Assembly: GCA_964575955.1 (NCBI GenBank) | Contig: CAZNTG010000006.1 | Location: forward strand, 192,001 to 256,000 | From: an uncultured Thermoproteaceae archaeon | GTDB taxonomy: Archaea; Thermoproteota; Thermoprotei; Thermoproteales; Thermocladiaceae | Reading direction: 5' to 3' | DNA: 64,000 bases | In this document: positions 19,382 through 29,555 of the stretch, one piece after another | Layout of the letters: each line of letters opens with the position of its first letter | How positions within the stretch are numbered: the stretch's first letter is position 1 | Made by a program: the position numbers and the translations under genes | Notes under the pieces: model-generated | Told to the model about the DNA's origin: nothing | The model's database searches: none | Seen by the model: only the letters and a program-made list of their open reading frames with translations

Positions 19382-19897
19382 AACTTCAATACTCGGTATC
19401 GACCTATTTAATGATCTTATTTTATCGAAAGCTCTAATAAAAGCTTCTTTCTCATCTTCAAAAAGTTGAAAATGAATTTCTTCATTACTTCTCAAGATTA
19501 TAGATACTATATATGTTGTAGCTCTAATCTTTGGTAATTTTATATGTCTATCAGATGCTGAAGGTAGTGGAAATGCTCTTAAAGATATCGTAAACATTCT
19601 AGGATATATCAATATCCTGTAAATATTATCAAACATTATAAGTCTAGATTTAGAACCTTTCTCAATCAATATCCTGTCAACATATACTACAACTCTAAGT
19701 CTTAACTCTCTCATCATTAATAGTCCAAATATAACTGTTAAGAGATAGAATGAGTATACTACTATTGAGAATGTTATTGGTATTAAGGTGAATAGTGGTA
19801 TTGCTATTACTATAGATATGACTATGAGTGCTATTACAGTTTTCTTAACTATATCTTCACTACACTTAATTTCAACTACAGGATATAGAGTCTCCAC
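19373..19897 (-). CDS. Membrane protein with a PH-like cytoplasmic domain
   Basis: Two N-terminal TM helices followed by a beta-rich domain. Confidence 0.65.
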   Translation of the reverse strand: METLYPVVEIKCSEDIVKKTVIALIVISIVIAIPLFTLIPITFSIVVYSFYLLTVIFGLLMMRELRLRVVVYVDRILIEKGSKSRLIMFDNIYRILIYPRMFTISLRAFPLPSASDRHIKLPKIRATTYIVSIILRSNEEIHFQLFEDEKEAFIRAFDKIRSLNRSIPSIEVLF

Positions 19898-19941
19898 TAC
19901 TATATTAAATATTGCTCAAATATATTAACAATAACCTTAAT

Positions 19942-20766
19942 CTAGATCTTGTACATTCTTGAAGGATCTAACATTGGTGTTGGTGGTAATCTTCTCTTAT
20001 GTTTAGTAGTTTCATACATTTTAACAACTTTGACAACTTTATCTCTTGAAATACCTGTCTCTTTAACAGTCTCATCAATATCAAGTCCAAGATCAAATAG
20101 GCAATGTAGTATCAGGTCTATCTCTTCATATTTAAGTCCAAGCTCTTCTTCAGCAATATGTCCAGGCCATAGTCTAGGACTTGAAGGTTTTTTAACTATA
20201 GATTCTGGAACTCCAAGATATTTTCCAAGTGCTCTTACCTGTGTCTTATATAGTGATCCTATTGGTAGTATATCTACACCTCCATCACCATACTTGGTGA
20301 AATATCCTATCAATATTTCACTTCTATCACCTGTACCTGCAACTATCATATTATACTTATTTGCATAGTAGTATAGTAGTGTCATTCTTATTCTAGGTAG
20401 TAGATTTCCTGTAGGTATTCTATCATTTTCATCGAAGTCAGGTATGGATTTTGCATATGCATCTCTAATATTTGATATATCTATTATTCTATACTTTATT
20501 CCTAAAATCTCTGCAACTTTCTTAGCATCTTCAACATCTTCTTTTGGAGTTGTTATGTATGGCATTATTAGACCTAGAACTCTATCTGAACCTAATGCTC
20601 TAACTAGGAGAAATGCTGTAACTGAAGAATCTATACCACCGCTAAGTCCAACAACTGCACCTCTACAACCACTATCTTCAACTTGTCTAACTATGAATGA
20701 GCATATCTCTGATACTACATATTCAAAATCTAGATTTGTAAGTTTATCTAATGTTAAAACCATCAA
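19942..20766 (-). CDS. nadE: NH3-dependent NAD+ synthetase
   Basis: GLSGGIDSS, RIRM, GTGDRSE, GYFTKYGDGGVD, LYKTQV, HKR. Confidence 0.96.
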   Translation of the reverse strand: MMVLTLDKLTNLDFEYVVSEICSFIVRQVEDSGCRGAVVGLSGGIDSSVTAFLLVRALGSDRVLGLIMPYITTPKEDVEDAKKVAEILGIKYRIIDISNIRDAYAKSIPDFDENDRIPTGNLLPRIRMTLLYYYANKYNMIVAGTGDRSEILIGYFTKYGDGGVDILPIGSLYKTQVRALGKYLGVPESIVKKPSSPRLWPGHIAEEELGLKYEEIDLILHCLFDLGLDIDETVKETGISRDKVVKVVKMYETTKHKRRLPPTPMLDPSRMYKI

Positions 20767-20813
20767 TATTGTCTCTATATTGAAAATTTAAGCTATGTTG
20801 TCTATAGGATAGT

Positions 20814-22001
20814 CTAGTAGAGCTCTATAGCTATAGCTGTTGCACCACCAGTACCATGGCAAAGTGCTGCAATACCTCTCTTACCACCACATGCTTTTAA
20901 TGCTGCTATGAGTGTTGTAACTATTCTAGCACCTGTCGCGCCTAGTGGATGTCCAAGTGCTATTGCTCCACCTAGAATGTTCATCTTTGAGTATGGTATA
21001 TCTAGACACTTATTTACTAATGCTGGAACTACAGCAAAGGCTTCATTAACTTCAAATACGTCAACATCTTCAATTCTCCAACCAGCTCTATCTAAAACCT
21101 TCCTAATAGCTCCTATAGGTGCTTCAACAAATCTCCAAGTTTCTACAGCAGTCCATGAATATGCTACAATTTTAGCAATTGGCTTAAGTCCAAGTTCTCT
21201 AGCCTTATCTAGAGTAGTTATCAATAACATTGCAGCACCATCACTAATTTGTGAACTATTACCAGCTGTGTGTGGTCCTTCAGGTGTGAATACAGGTTTA
21301 AGTTTAGATAACTTTTCTATAGATGTGTCAGGTCTAATACCTTCATCATGGTCAAGATATACCTTCTCACCATTAATAGTCTCATCTACAGGTTCCATAT
21401 CTATGAATAGTTTCTGCTCAGTAGCTCTTGTAGCTCTCATATGACTTTCATATGCAATCTTATCTAGAAGTTCTCTAGGAATGTTATGTTCTCTAGCTAC
21501 CTTATCAGCTTCCTGACCCATCAACATCATAGTCATTGGATCTGTAAGACCATCATAGACCATCAAATCTATCAACTCTACCTTCCTAATAACACAATGT
21601 TTAACACCCCATCTAGCTTCATGAGGTATTGCTAGTGGACATGTACTCATAGATTCTACACCACCAGCAATTATGAAAGATGCATCACCAACCTTCAACT
21701 GCCTATAAGCTTCAAATATGGCTTGCATACCTGAAGAACATACTCTATTAACAACATATGCACCAACACTTGGAGAAAAACCTGCTATAAGTGCTGCCTG
21801 TCTGGCAATATTCTGTCCAAAACCACCTTGAAGAGCACATCCAAGAATTACCTCATCTATAAGCTTATGATCAATACCTGTCCTCTCTAGAAGTTTTCTT
21901 ATACATATAGCTGCTAGATATTGAGGTTTAACGTTCTTAAAAGCTCCACCAAACTTACCAATTGGAGTTCTAACAAATCCTACGATAACTACCTCAGACA
22001 C
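20814..22001 (-). CDS. Acetyl-CoA acetyltransferase (thiolase)
   Basis: RTPIGKFGG, NRVCSSG, EVNEAFA, GHPLGATGAR and CHGTGG; start taken at GTG 22001. Confidence 0.94.
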   Translation of the reverse strand: MSEVVIVGFVRTPIGKFGGAFKNVKPQYLAAICIRKLLERTGIDHKLIDEVILGCALQGGFGQNIARQAALIAGFSPSVGAYVVNRVCSSGMQAIFEAYRQLKVGDASFIIAGGVESMSTCPLAIPHEARWGVKHCVIRKVELIDLMVYDGLTDPMTMMLMGQEADKVAREHNIPRELLDKIAYESHMRATRATEQKLFIDMEPVDETINGEKVYLDHDEGIRPDTSIEKLSKLKPVFTPEGPHTAGNSSQISDGAAMLLITTLDKARELGLKPIAKIVAYSWTAVETWRFVEAPIGAIRKVLDRAGWRIEDVDVFEVNEAFAVVPALVNKCLDIPYSKMNILGGAIALGHPLGATGARIVTTLIAALKACGGKRGIAALCHGTGGATAIAIELY

Positions 22002-22038
22002 TCTTCGACAAGTGTATAAAGTATATATAAACAATACC

Positions 22039-22677
22039 TCATGAAGCTTTCAATCTAACAATAGATATTGCAGAGAGCATACATGCAGAAAATATTAATA
22101 GAGATAAGAATAGTATACAAATGTGTAAATATGAACTATCTAGAATACCAATGACATAACATATAAGACAAGATATTGAATATGAGAGTAGTAGAGTTTG
22201 TAAATATCCTGCAAATCTCAATAATACAGATCTCAAAATTCTACTAACAGTGAAGTGAGATATTATGTGAGTTATAACAAATACTAGACATATCAATAAT
22301 GAAAACATTATCAACAACACTATCAAACTCTTACTAACCTTCTCATACAATATCGTGAGCGGGTTAGGAACATGTGAGAAATAGAGAATTACTTCTAAAA
22401 TGAGTAAAGCTGAAAATGTTATAAGACCTGTCTCACCACATATACATGCTTCACTAATCTTCAATCTTCTACCAATAGCCAACCAACCTACAGATATTAG
22501 AAGTATACTAAATGTTGATGTAAAAACTAGACATATCTCAACACTATGAATCACTTCTGAAGTTAGTATATTTGTGATGATAGTTGTAGTGTCTAGATAT
22601 CTCAAGAATAGTAATATTGGTAGAGATATGCATAGAATAGCGTAGCCTGCAGCTGCTATATATCTCTCATTCATCAT
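22039..22677 (-). CDS. Hypothetical multi-pass membrane protein
   Basis: About six hydrophobic helices. Confidence 0.7.
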   Translation of the reverse strand: MMNERYIAAAGYAILCISLPILLFLRYLDTTTIITNILTSEVIHSVEICLVFTSTFSILLISVGWLAIGRRLKISEACICGETGLITFSALLILEVILYFSHVPNPLTILYEKVSKSLIVLLIMFSLLICLVFVITHIISHFTVSRILRSVLLRFAGYLQTLLLSYSISCLICYVIGILDSSYLHICILFLSLLIFSACMLSAISIVRLKAS

Positions 22678-22722
22678 ACTTTACTCACTACAGGACTAAT
22701 ACGTAGTCTGGATTTTTATCAA

Positions 22723-23772
22723 CTATTCGCCTAACTCATATCTCAGCAAAGCTGCTATTCCTCCTATACCTCTAAGTTTCTCACCAGCATTAGTGTATGT
22801 TGGTATTAGTGTTAATGTTCCACCACTCTTAATTAGTATATTTATCAAATTCTTTATCTCAATTCCAGACTCTTTAAAATATTCATCAGTTATTAATAAT
22901 TTATCAACAGCACCTTTCTCAAGAGCTTTTGAAACTTCTTCAATACCAATAGCAACATCTGTTCTACCTTTAACAAGTCTTTCAAAAATTTCATCAACAA
23001 GCTTAAGCTCATGTAATCTCAATATGTCTGATAGTGCTTCAGGATGTTCATTCTGTATCTCATATATACCTGCAAGTCCTCCTTCACTAACATTGACAAC
23101 TCTTATAGGCTTGTTCATAGATTTTAAACCTTCTCTAATATCTTCCTGAATGTAGTCTAGTACTCTTGTAGGTGCTGCAATAATTATGTAGTCAATATCT
23201 TCAGGTTTTACTATTGATTTAACTATCTTCACAATATCTTCAACATACTTCTCGAATTGTCTTCTTCTATCAGAACTTACCTGCTTACCAGATATGTACT
23301 TGTTGTATATTGTTGTTAAAATATCAATTCCAAACATCTTAACAATAGCTATTGTTGTCTCATCTTCATTTATAGATATTAATAATGCTCTTGCATGACC
23401 TTTACTAAACATGTCTAGTATCTTCTTAACATATTCAACATCTATGCTCTGTTTTACAAGTCTATACCTTATACCTCTAATAAGCTCCATTGTATGATGA
23501 CTACCAATTATACCGTCAAACCATTCAGGTGCTTCAAGAATTATACCTCTAACTCTTAAGTTACCTCTAAATGCGTGATATTCTAATGCTTCAACTTTTA
23601 GGCATATGTATATTTTCCTTCTCTCACCCTTCTCATGTTTTCTAGTTTTAAATTCTCTAACAGTCCAACCATATAGTAGATCATCCTTATCAATTATTAG
23701 GTATAGTATGTATAGATCTTCTTCTCTCTCTATCTCAAATTCTATAATATTCTTATTTATTGAATACTTCAT
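22723..23772 (-). CDS. pelA: mRNA surveillance protein Pelota
   Basis: EDLYILY, LRVRG, HHT, C-terminal eRF1-like AVDKLLITD...GEKLRGIGGIAALLRY. Confidence 0.92.
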   Translation of the reverse strand: MKYSINKNIIEFEIEREEDLYILYLIIDKDDLLYGWTVREFKTRKHEKGERRKIYICLKVEALEYHAFRGNLRVRGIILEAPEWFDGIIGSHHTMELIRGIRYRLVKQSIDVEYVKKILDMFSKGHARALLISINEDETTIAIVKMFGIDILTTIYNKYISGKQVSSDRRRQFEKYVEDIVKIVKSIVKPEDIDYIIIAAPTRVLDYIQEDIREGLKSMNKPIRVVNVSEGGLAGIYEIQNEHPEALSDILRLHELKLVDEIFERLVKGRTDVAIGIEEVSKALEKGAVDKLLITDEYFKESGIEIKNLINILIKSGGTLTLIPTYTNAGEKLRGIGGIAALLRYELGE

Positions 23773-24428
23773 CTCTTCTCCTCGCTTCTACCTACCTCTT
23801 CTCTCTTCTTTACAAGTCTTTCTATATATTCTCCAAATAGAAACCATATTGCAAATGCTCCTATAGCAATGCCTATACCTATAGATATGCCATTCACTAT
23901 AGCTGCCTTTACAGTATTTGATAATGCTGTTAAATCTACTAAAAATGCAAATATTAGTAAGAATACTATAAGTACTATAAAGCTTCTAATCTTCTCTTCT
24001 ATCTTTATTAAACTTATAATTGCGTTTAAACCAATTACAGACACTAGACTTAGAAGTATGACACTTACAAGTCTTGAAAAGTATTCTAGACCCTGTCTAT
24101 ATACAGGAATTAGGTCAGGAGCTACTATGTTTAGAATTCCTGCAATAGCTACAAGTATTATACCTATATCTGCAATTATTATGAATAGCTTAGTTATTGG
24201 TATTGATGATCCTAGATGCTTTTTCACATAATCTTCAAATCTAGTCTTCTCCATTACAAACATTATAAGTTTATTTATATACTTTATAACTATTAAAGAT
24301 ATTACTATTATCAATATTGATATCAATATTTTAGGAATTGCACGTGCAATACCTAGAAATACTTCACGTAGTACATTTTCAAAAGTTTGAACAGTTGTTA
24401 TAGTGATGTTAGTCATAGTCTGTGACAC
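23769..24428 (-). CDS. Membrane protein (MscS-associated TM-helix-like)
   Basis: IPKILISILI...GIGIAIGAFAIWFLFGEY pattern with about six TM helices. Confidence 0.7.
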   Translation of the reverse strand: MSQTMTNITITTVQTFENVLREVFLGIARAIPKILISILIIVISLIVIKYINKLIMFVMEKTRFEDYVKKHLGSSIPITKLFIIIADIGIILVAIAGILNIVAPDLIPVYRQGLEYFSRLVSVILLSLVSVIGLNAIISLIKIEEKIRSFIVLIVFLLIFAFLVDLTALSNTVKAAIVNGISIGIGIAIGAFAIWFLFGEYIERLVKKREEVGRSEEKR

Positions 24429-24530
24429 TAACGCATCAACACTCTACATTGGGAATATATAAGCATGTTGTTTATCTAGACTAGTTAGGAAAATTTATAA
24501 TTACCTAAATATCCATAGATTGAGCATATC

Positions 24531-25601
24531 ATGGTTTCACTACTTAAAAGACATTACGTAAGGACAAAGCCATATCCTGAGAAGAAAGTTAGAACTATTG
24601 AAGAGACTAGTGAGTTATTGAGAAAGTATAAGTATGTTTTTGTAATTGACATTCATGGAGTTTCTAATAGAGTATTGAAAGAGTATAGATTGAAATTGAG
24701 AAGAATAGACTCAGTAATGAAGCATGTTAAAAATACATTATTTAGAATTGCTCTAGAGAAAACATTTGGAAAAGTTTCTGAAGATATTCAGAAAGTATTG
24801 ACAGGAGAGAACATATTCATATTCACAAACATGAATCCTATAGAATTAATAAAGTGGATTGAGGAGAATGCTGTTAGAAGAGAAGCTAAACCTGGAGATA
24901 AAGCACCATTTGAAATAATAATACCAGCAGGTGATACAGGACTATCACCAGGACCAATATTGAGCAAGTTTGGTAAATTGAGAGTACCTACAAGAGTACA
25001 GGGAGGTAAGATATGGGTTGTTAAGGATACTGTAGTTGCAAAACCTGGAGATACTATAAGTCCTGAACTTGCAGAAATTCTACAGAAATTGAAGATTAGA
25101 CCAATATTCGAGTCGTTGAGAGTTAAGTCTATAATTGTTGAAGGTAAGAGAGCTATAACTACTGAAGAACTATTACGTACATTTGAAGAATTTAAGAATA
25201 TGATACCTGACGCTGCTAAATATGCTGTAAACCTCGCAATTAATGCTGAGATAATGATTCCTGAGACAGTTCCTGTATTAATACAGAAGGCATGTATATA
25301 TGCTAGAAATCTTGCAATTAATGCAAACATAATAACACCAGAGACAGCCTCAGCAATAATTACAAAAGCAATAGCACAGGCATACGCTATCGCTAGTATA
25401 GTATCTCAAAAAGCACCTGAACTAGGAATTCAAGTATCAGTACAAATACCAACACCAACGGCAGAAGCAAAGCCTGCAGAAGAAAAGAAAGAGGAGGAGA
25501 AGAAAGAGGAGGAGAAGAAAGAGGAGAAAGTAGAGGAAGAGAAGAAGGAAGGACCAAGTGAGGAGGATATTGCATCAGGACTTGCAAGCCTATTCGGATA
25601 A
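24531..25601 (+). CDS. rplJ: 50S ribosomal protein uL10 (P0)
   Basis: KNTLFRIAL, AKPGD-AP, PAGDTGLSPGP, LKIRP; acidic hinge and GLASLFG C-terminus. Confidence 0.96.
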   Translation: MVSLLKRHYVRTKPYPEKKVRTIEETSELLRKYKYVFVIDIHGVSNRVLKEYRLKLRRIDSVMKHVKNTLFRIALEKTFGKVSEDIQKVLTGENIFIFTNMNPIELIKWIEENAVRREAKPGDKAPFEIIIPAGDTGLSPGPILSKFGKLRVPTRVQGGKIWVVKDTVVAKPGDTISPELAEILQKLKIRPIFESLRVKSIIVEGKRAITTEELLRTFEEFKNMIPDAAKYAVNLAINAEIMIPETVPVLIQKACIYARNLAINANIITPETASAIITKAIAQAYAIASIVSQKAPELGIQVSVQIPTPTAEAKPAEEKKEEEKKEEEKKEEKVEEEKKEGPSEEDIASGLASLFG

Positions 25602-25619
25602 TAGCACTATTATTAAAAT

Positions 25620-26456
25620 CTACTTCTTAGCTTCTGAAGATTCTTGTGTTGAAATTGTTTGAGTATATTCACGTACTTGAACCATCTTAGATAGAACATC
25701 ATTCCAAAGTTCTTTCGGAGTCTTTACATATAGTCTAACTCTTCTAATACCAACATTTCTACTATAATCATCATCTAGTTCAAGTTCGACAAACCTTCTC
25801 TTCTCATTGATGACTACTTTCTTAGCTTTTATTGGTGCCTTTAGTAGGTATATATCATCTAGTATGATAGCATCACGGTAGATTACTAGACTTCTCATAG
25901 GCGCATATGGTATATCTATAACCATGTGTGATGAAGGTGTTAATCTTAGATATTTCATAAGCACTACATATATTATTATCAATATTGAGAAGTATGTAAA
26001 TGTCTCACAGAAAGCTCTCCAAAACTTATCATGAATAATTGATAACATAGATGATATAAACTTCCCAAGTACAGTCATGTATAGTAATACTAGAAGCATT
26101 AGTATTCCAAACACAACTAGTATATTCTTAAACTGTCTCTTCTGTATTTTAGTAATTTCAGAAATATATTCACTATCTTTTTCAATAAGTTTCATAAGAT
26201 CCTGTGCTGCAAGTCTTTCAATAGCTCCATGTTTAACATTCTTAATATATTCTCTAACCTCTTTCATCTTTCTTCTAAATGTAATACCAGCCTGACCTAT
26301 GAAAACTGCAAATAGTGCAATTATATATGCAATAACTATGTAATTAAATACAGGATTGTTATATGCAACTGCTAGAGCAGATAGAAATGATATTATAACG
26401 ATAGACACTATAGGTACAACATATGTTATCAATATTGTAGATAAGCGGTTGAACAT
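25620..26456 (-). CDS. Crenarchaeal membrane protein (DUF2208-like)
   Basis: Four TM helices plus C-terminal KAPI...INEKRRFVE...RLY domain. Confidence 0.7.
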   Translation of the reverse strand: MFNRLSTILITYVVPIVSIVIISFLSALAVAYNNPVFNYIVIAYIIALFAVFIGQAGITFRRKMKEVREYIKNVKHGAIERLAAQDLMKLIEKDSEYISEITKIQKRQFKNILVVFGILMLLVLLYMTVLGKFISSMLSIIHDKFWRAFCETFTYFSILIIIYVVLMKYLRLTPSSHMVIDIPYAPMRSLVIYRDAIILDDIYLLKAPIKAKKVVINEKRRFVELELDDDYSRNVGIRRVRLYVKTPKELWNDVLSKMVQVREYTQTISTQESSEAKK

Positions 26457-26485
26457 TTTTACCCTTAGCTCAGGTTAGTCTTAAC

Positions 26486-27187
26486 ATGACTATAAATCTT
26501 ACTGTCATAATTGAAGAGGAAAGTCTGAGAAATGATCTAGAGAAAAGTTCATCATCATCACTTCTAGTATATTATAAAGATCTTAAACTACTAATAAATC
26601 CAGGAAGCGAACCACGTAAGTATATTAATAATTTTTCTAAAATAGCTAAAGATTTAGATAGTATAGACTTCATAATAATAACCTGTACTATCCCAAGATA
26701 TTGGTCAAGTATTAAAGCTTTAATTAAAAAACTATCTAAGATACCTAAAATATTAATACCATACGATAATGTTAGAATGTATAAACTAATATCATATCTA
26801 CAACATGTAGTACCTATGTATAATGTTAACATTATTAAAGAGGTAGTACAAATCGAAGATCTCAAGATTATAAATATTAAATCATGTACTTATGGTGAAC
26901 TTGTACTCAAATTTAATCAATCTCTAATATCAACACCTGCATTATGGTTTATAAATTATATTGATAATGTCTTAAATTTTCTAAAAGATGTTAATATATA
27001 TGTTGGTGGTATTCCTCTACCGATAGTACCTGTACATAGATACTACTACTCTATCTTAAGAAGTATTTGTAGGAAAGTTAGAAAGATATTTTTAGGTCAT
27101 ATACATACACAGTCTGTTAGAAAATTCTTAACTCAACAACCTGTTGAAGTTAGAATTCTAAGATCAGGTCTAAGTATCACGATATAA
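26486..27187 (+). CDS. Degenerate metallo-beta-lactamase-fold protein
   Basis: Scaffold resembles MBL (SLLV...LLINPG...IDFIIIT...VGG...LGH), but the HxHxDH position reads CTIPRY. Confidence 0.55.
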   Translation: MTINLTVIIEEESLRNDLEKSSSSSLLVYYKDLKLLINPGSEPRKYINNFSKIAKDLDSIDFIIITCTIPRYWSSIKALIKKLSKIPKILIPYDNVRMYKLISYLQHVVPMYNVNIIKEVVQIEDLKIINIKSCTYGELVLKFNQSLISTPALWFINYIDNVLNFLKDVNIYVGGIPLPIVPVHRYYYSILRSICRKVRKIFLGHIHTQSVRKFLTQQPVEVRILRSGLSITI

Positions 27188-27249
27188 TTGTCTTCTTAGT
27201 AGGATAATCAAATAATTAACTTAAACATCCTTACATATTCATCAGTACT

Positions 27250-28530
27250 GTGAACTATTTAGACATATTATTGCTAATTATTGCTTGGTATATATTCATC
27301 TCAATAGTCTACATTATTACTAAACTTAGAAAGATGACTGATAGAGTAAAGCTATACTATGGTCTTGCAATAATTATTAAAGGTAGAGAAAATGTTGAAA
27401 AGATCTTACATATACTGTCAAAACCGTTACATAAAATTAAGCCTAGAATTTTAGCAATATGTCTAGTAACTATATTTATTGTAACTATGCTATTTCTAAT
27501 TCCTGTACCTCTACTAATATTTCCACTAGTATCTAACAGTAAGTTAGTTATATTTAAATACTTCCTATACTCACCTGTTGTTATAATTATTAGGAATGTT
27601 GTATTAATATTAGAATCATCTATACATCACATATCTCCAATGCAGATGTTAAATCTCGGATTTATGTCTCTACAACCTATAATACCTGGAGTTACAGTTT
27701 CTTTATACACATTTCTGCTAATCATAATTACTGCAGGTATAAGTATACTAGTACATGAGATAGCTCATGGAGTTGTAGCCTTGAGATATGGTGTTCCTGT
27801 TGTATCTGGAGGATTTTTTACAAGCATGTTCATACTTATGGGAGGATTTGTAGAACCTGATGAAGAGAAGTTAAATAAGCTTGAACTTAGTAAGAGACTT
27901 GCAATATACTCTGCAGGTGTTGTAGCTAATATACTACTCGCAATACTTACAGTAATCATATACTTACTATCAAAATATTTAACAAACATGTTTGGATATC
28001 CGTTAGGTGTTATTGTTACTAACTCTAAAATATCTCAAATACCTAACAATTCCATAATACTATCTGTAAATGGTTATGCGATATACAACATATATGACCT
28101 ACTGAATGTATTATCTAAACCTGAAGTTTTTAATATATGTAAACTTCACCACATTATAATGTTGAAAGTATTAATACCTGGGAAAGGTTTAGAATATGTA
28201 AATTTAAATGTTAATAATTGCTCTACTCAATATCTAATTCAGTATATTGGTCTAAATACTATATCTTTGAGATATTTTACAGTATCAAACACACTATTCT
28301 ACAGATTTCTATTCTGGCTATTTAACCTAAATATAACACTTGCACTTCTAAACACCTTACCTGCATATCCTGTTGATGGTGGTCAAGTACTTAATGCATT
28401 TTTAAGTGAGATTATAAGTGATGAGAAGTTGAGACAGATTCTACTCTACACGATATCTATAGCATTTTGGGGTGGACTAGTCATGACTATAGTATACACA
28501 TTTAAAGCTGGTCTATATGTTATAGGATAA
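27250..28530 (+). CDS. Site-2 protease (peptidase M50) with PDZ-like insert
   Basis: HEIAH, GGFVEPD, AGVVAN and NTLPAYPVDGG motifs. Confidence 0.93.
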   Translation: MNYLDILLLIIAWYIFISIVYIITKLRKMTDRVKLYYGLAIIIKGRENVEKILHILSKPLHKIKPRILAICLVTIFIVTMLFLIPVPLLIFPLVSNSKLVIFKYFLYSPVVIIIRNVVLILESSIHHISPMQMLNLGFMSLQPIIPGVTVSLYTFLLIIITAGISILVHEIAHGVVALRYGVPVVSGGFFTSMFILMGGFVEPDEEKLNKLELSKRLAIYSAGVVANILLAILTVIIYLLSKYLTNMFGYPLGVIVTNSKISQIPNNSIILSVNGYAIYNIYDLLNVLSKPEVFNICKLHHIIMLKVLIPGKGLEYVNLNVNNCSTQYLIQYIGLNTISLRYFTVSNTLFYRFLFWLFNLNITLALLNTLPAYPVDGGQVLNAFLSEIISDEKLRQILLYTISIAFWGGLVMTIVYTFKAGLYVIG

Positions 28531-28574
28531 TTTTTAGGTAATGTGTATATTTTGATCTCTCAACTTGAAGATTA

Positions 28575-29057
28575 ATGCAAACATATAGGATGGGTCTAAT
28601 TTATGGAATTATATCTTGTATAGTACTTTCAATCCTATCTCTAATACCTGTAGAAAATTTGATAACTATGAGACCACCAAGCTACATATCATATACTCCA
28701 CCATCATACCTATACCTATGGAGACTATCTACATTAACGTTAATAACAATAATATTGACATTAATACTACTATATGTACATGGAAGTAGAAAATTCTATA
28801 TTGGTATACTTGACGTACAGATACCATTCTACATTGTTGTACATTATGTATATCTCTACATTATGACAACATCATTTTACGGTAGAGAAGGTATTCTTAC
28901 AATACTTCCATTCATATACATCTATGGAAAACTTATACATGTAGATTTTGGTCAAATAGCATTGATATATCTAGTATATAGAGTAGTTAAGCATGTAATT
29001 ATTAGGAGAAGATCTAGTGAGAAGATTTTGAAATCTTCCACAATTCATAACCAATAA
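28575..29057 (+). CDS. Hypothetical membrane protein
   Basis: About four TM helices. Confidence 0.65.
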   Translation: MQTYRMGLIYGIISCIVLSILSLIPVENLITMRPPSYISYTPPSYLYLWRLSTLTLITIILTLILLYVHGSRKFYIGILDVQIPFYIVVHYVYLYIMTTSFYGREGILTILPFIYIYGKLIHVDFGQIALIYLVYRVVKHVIIRRRSSEKILKSSTIHNQ

Positions 29058-29352
29058 TCATACATATCTTATCAATAATATCGTAAAAGCTTAAACCTTT
29101 ATCTAACACTCTCCTATAAATTTTAATTTCAACACTATCTCTACACACTACCGATATCTCATTTCTAATATCAGGATATATCGTATATACATACTCTAAA
29201 ACTCTACAAATCAAGTCATATAGTTTAGACACATCATAAATATTGGAAGAAAGTTCACATTTAACATGATTATCATATTCATCTGAAAATTTTGAATAAT
29301 CAAAATCACACACAGCTACAACTCCATAATACCTTAGAGATACAATACTCAT
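29014..29352 (-). CDS. Hypothetical protein
   Basis: Start moved to ATG 29352 (MSIVSLRYY); the track's extension runs through the tRNA. Confidence 0.55.
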   Translation of the reverse strand: MSIVSLRYYGVVAVCDFDYSKFSDEYDNHVKCELSSNIYDVSKLYDLICRVLEYVYTIYPDIRNEISVVCRDSVEIKIYRRVLDKGLSFYDIIDKICMIIGYELWKISKSSH

Positions 29353-29395
29353 ATGGTAGATCAGGTAGGGTAGGTAAATTAAAGGAGTACTATGA

Positions 29396-29494
29396 TGGTG
29401 GGCCCGCCGGGATTCGAACCCGGGATCACCCGCTCTCTCATGTGCGGATACCCGCCATCGTAAGGCGGGCATCCTGCCGCTAGACTACGGGCCC
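29396..29494 (-). tRNA. tRNA-Val(TAC) with a 24-nt intron at 37/38 (29435-29458) and encoded CCA
   Basis: GGGCCCG acceptor stem, CCCGC/GCGGG anticodon stem, CT-TAC-G, GGTTCGAATCC T-arm, ACCA. BHB: CTTA/TGAG central helix, CGA and AGA bulges, GCGG/CCGC outer stem. TATA-like TTTTAAAA at ~29525-29532. Confidence 0.96.
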
Positions 29495-29555
29495 TATCTA
29501 CGTAGTAGTTTGGTCTCTATAACCTTTTAAAAATATTGCTATTCAGTACAGATAT

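Noticed and set aside
25478-25550. GAGGAGAAGAAA-type tandem repeats
   Set aside because: They encode the normal E/K-rich hinge of uL10/P0; not a separate repeat element.
29292-29483. ORF 29292-29483 and the 5' extension of ORF 29014-29472
   Set aside because: Both overlap the tRNA-Val gene.
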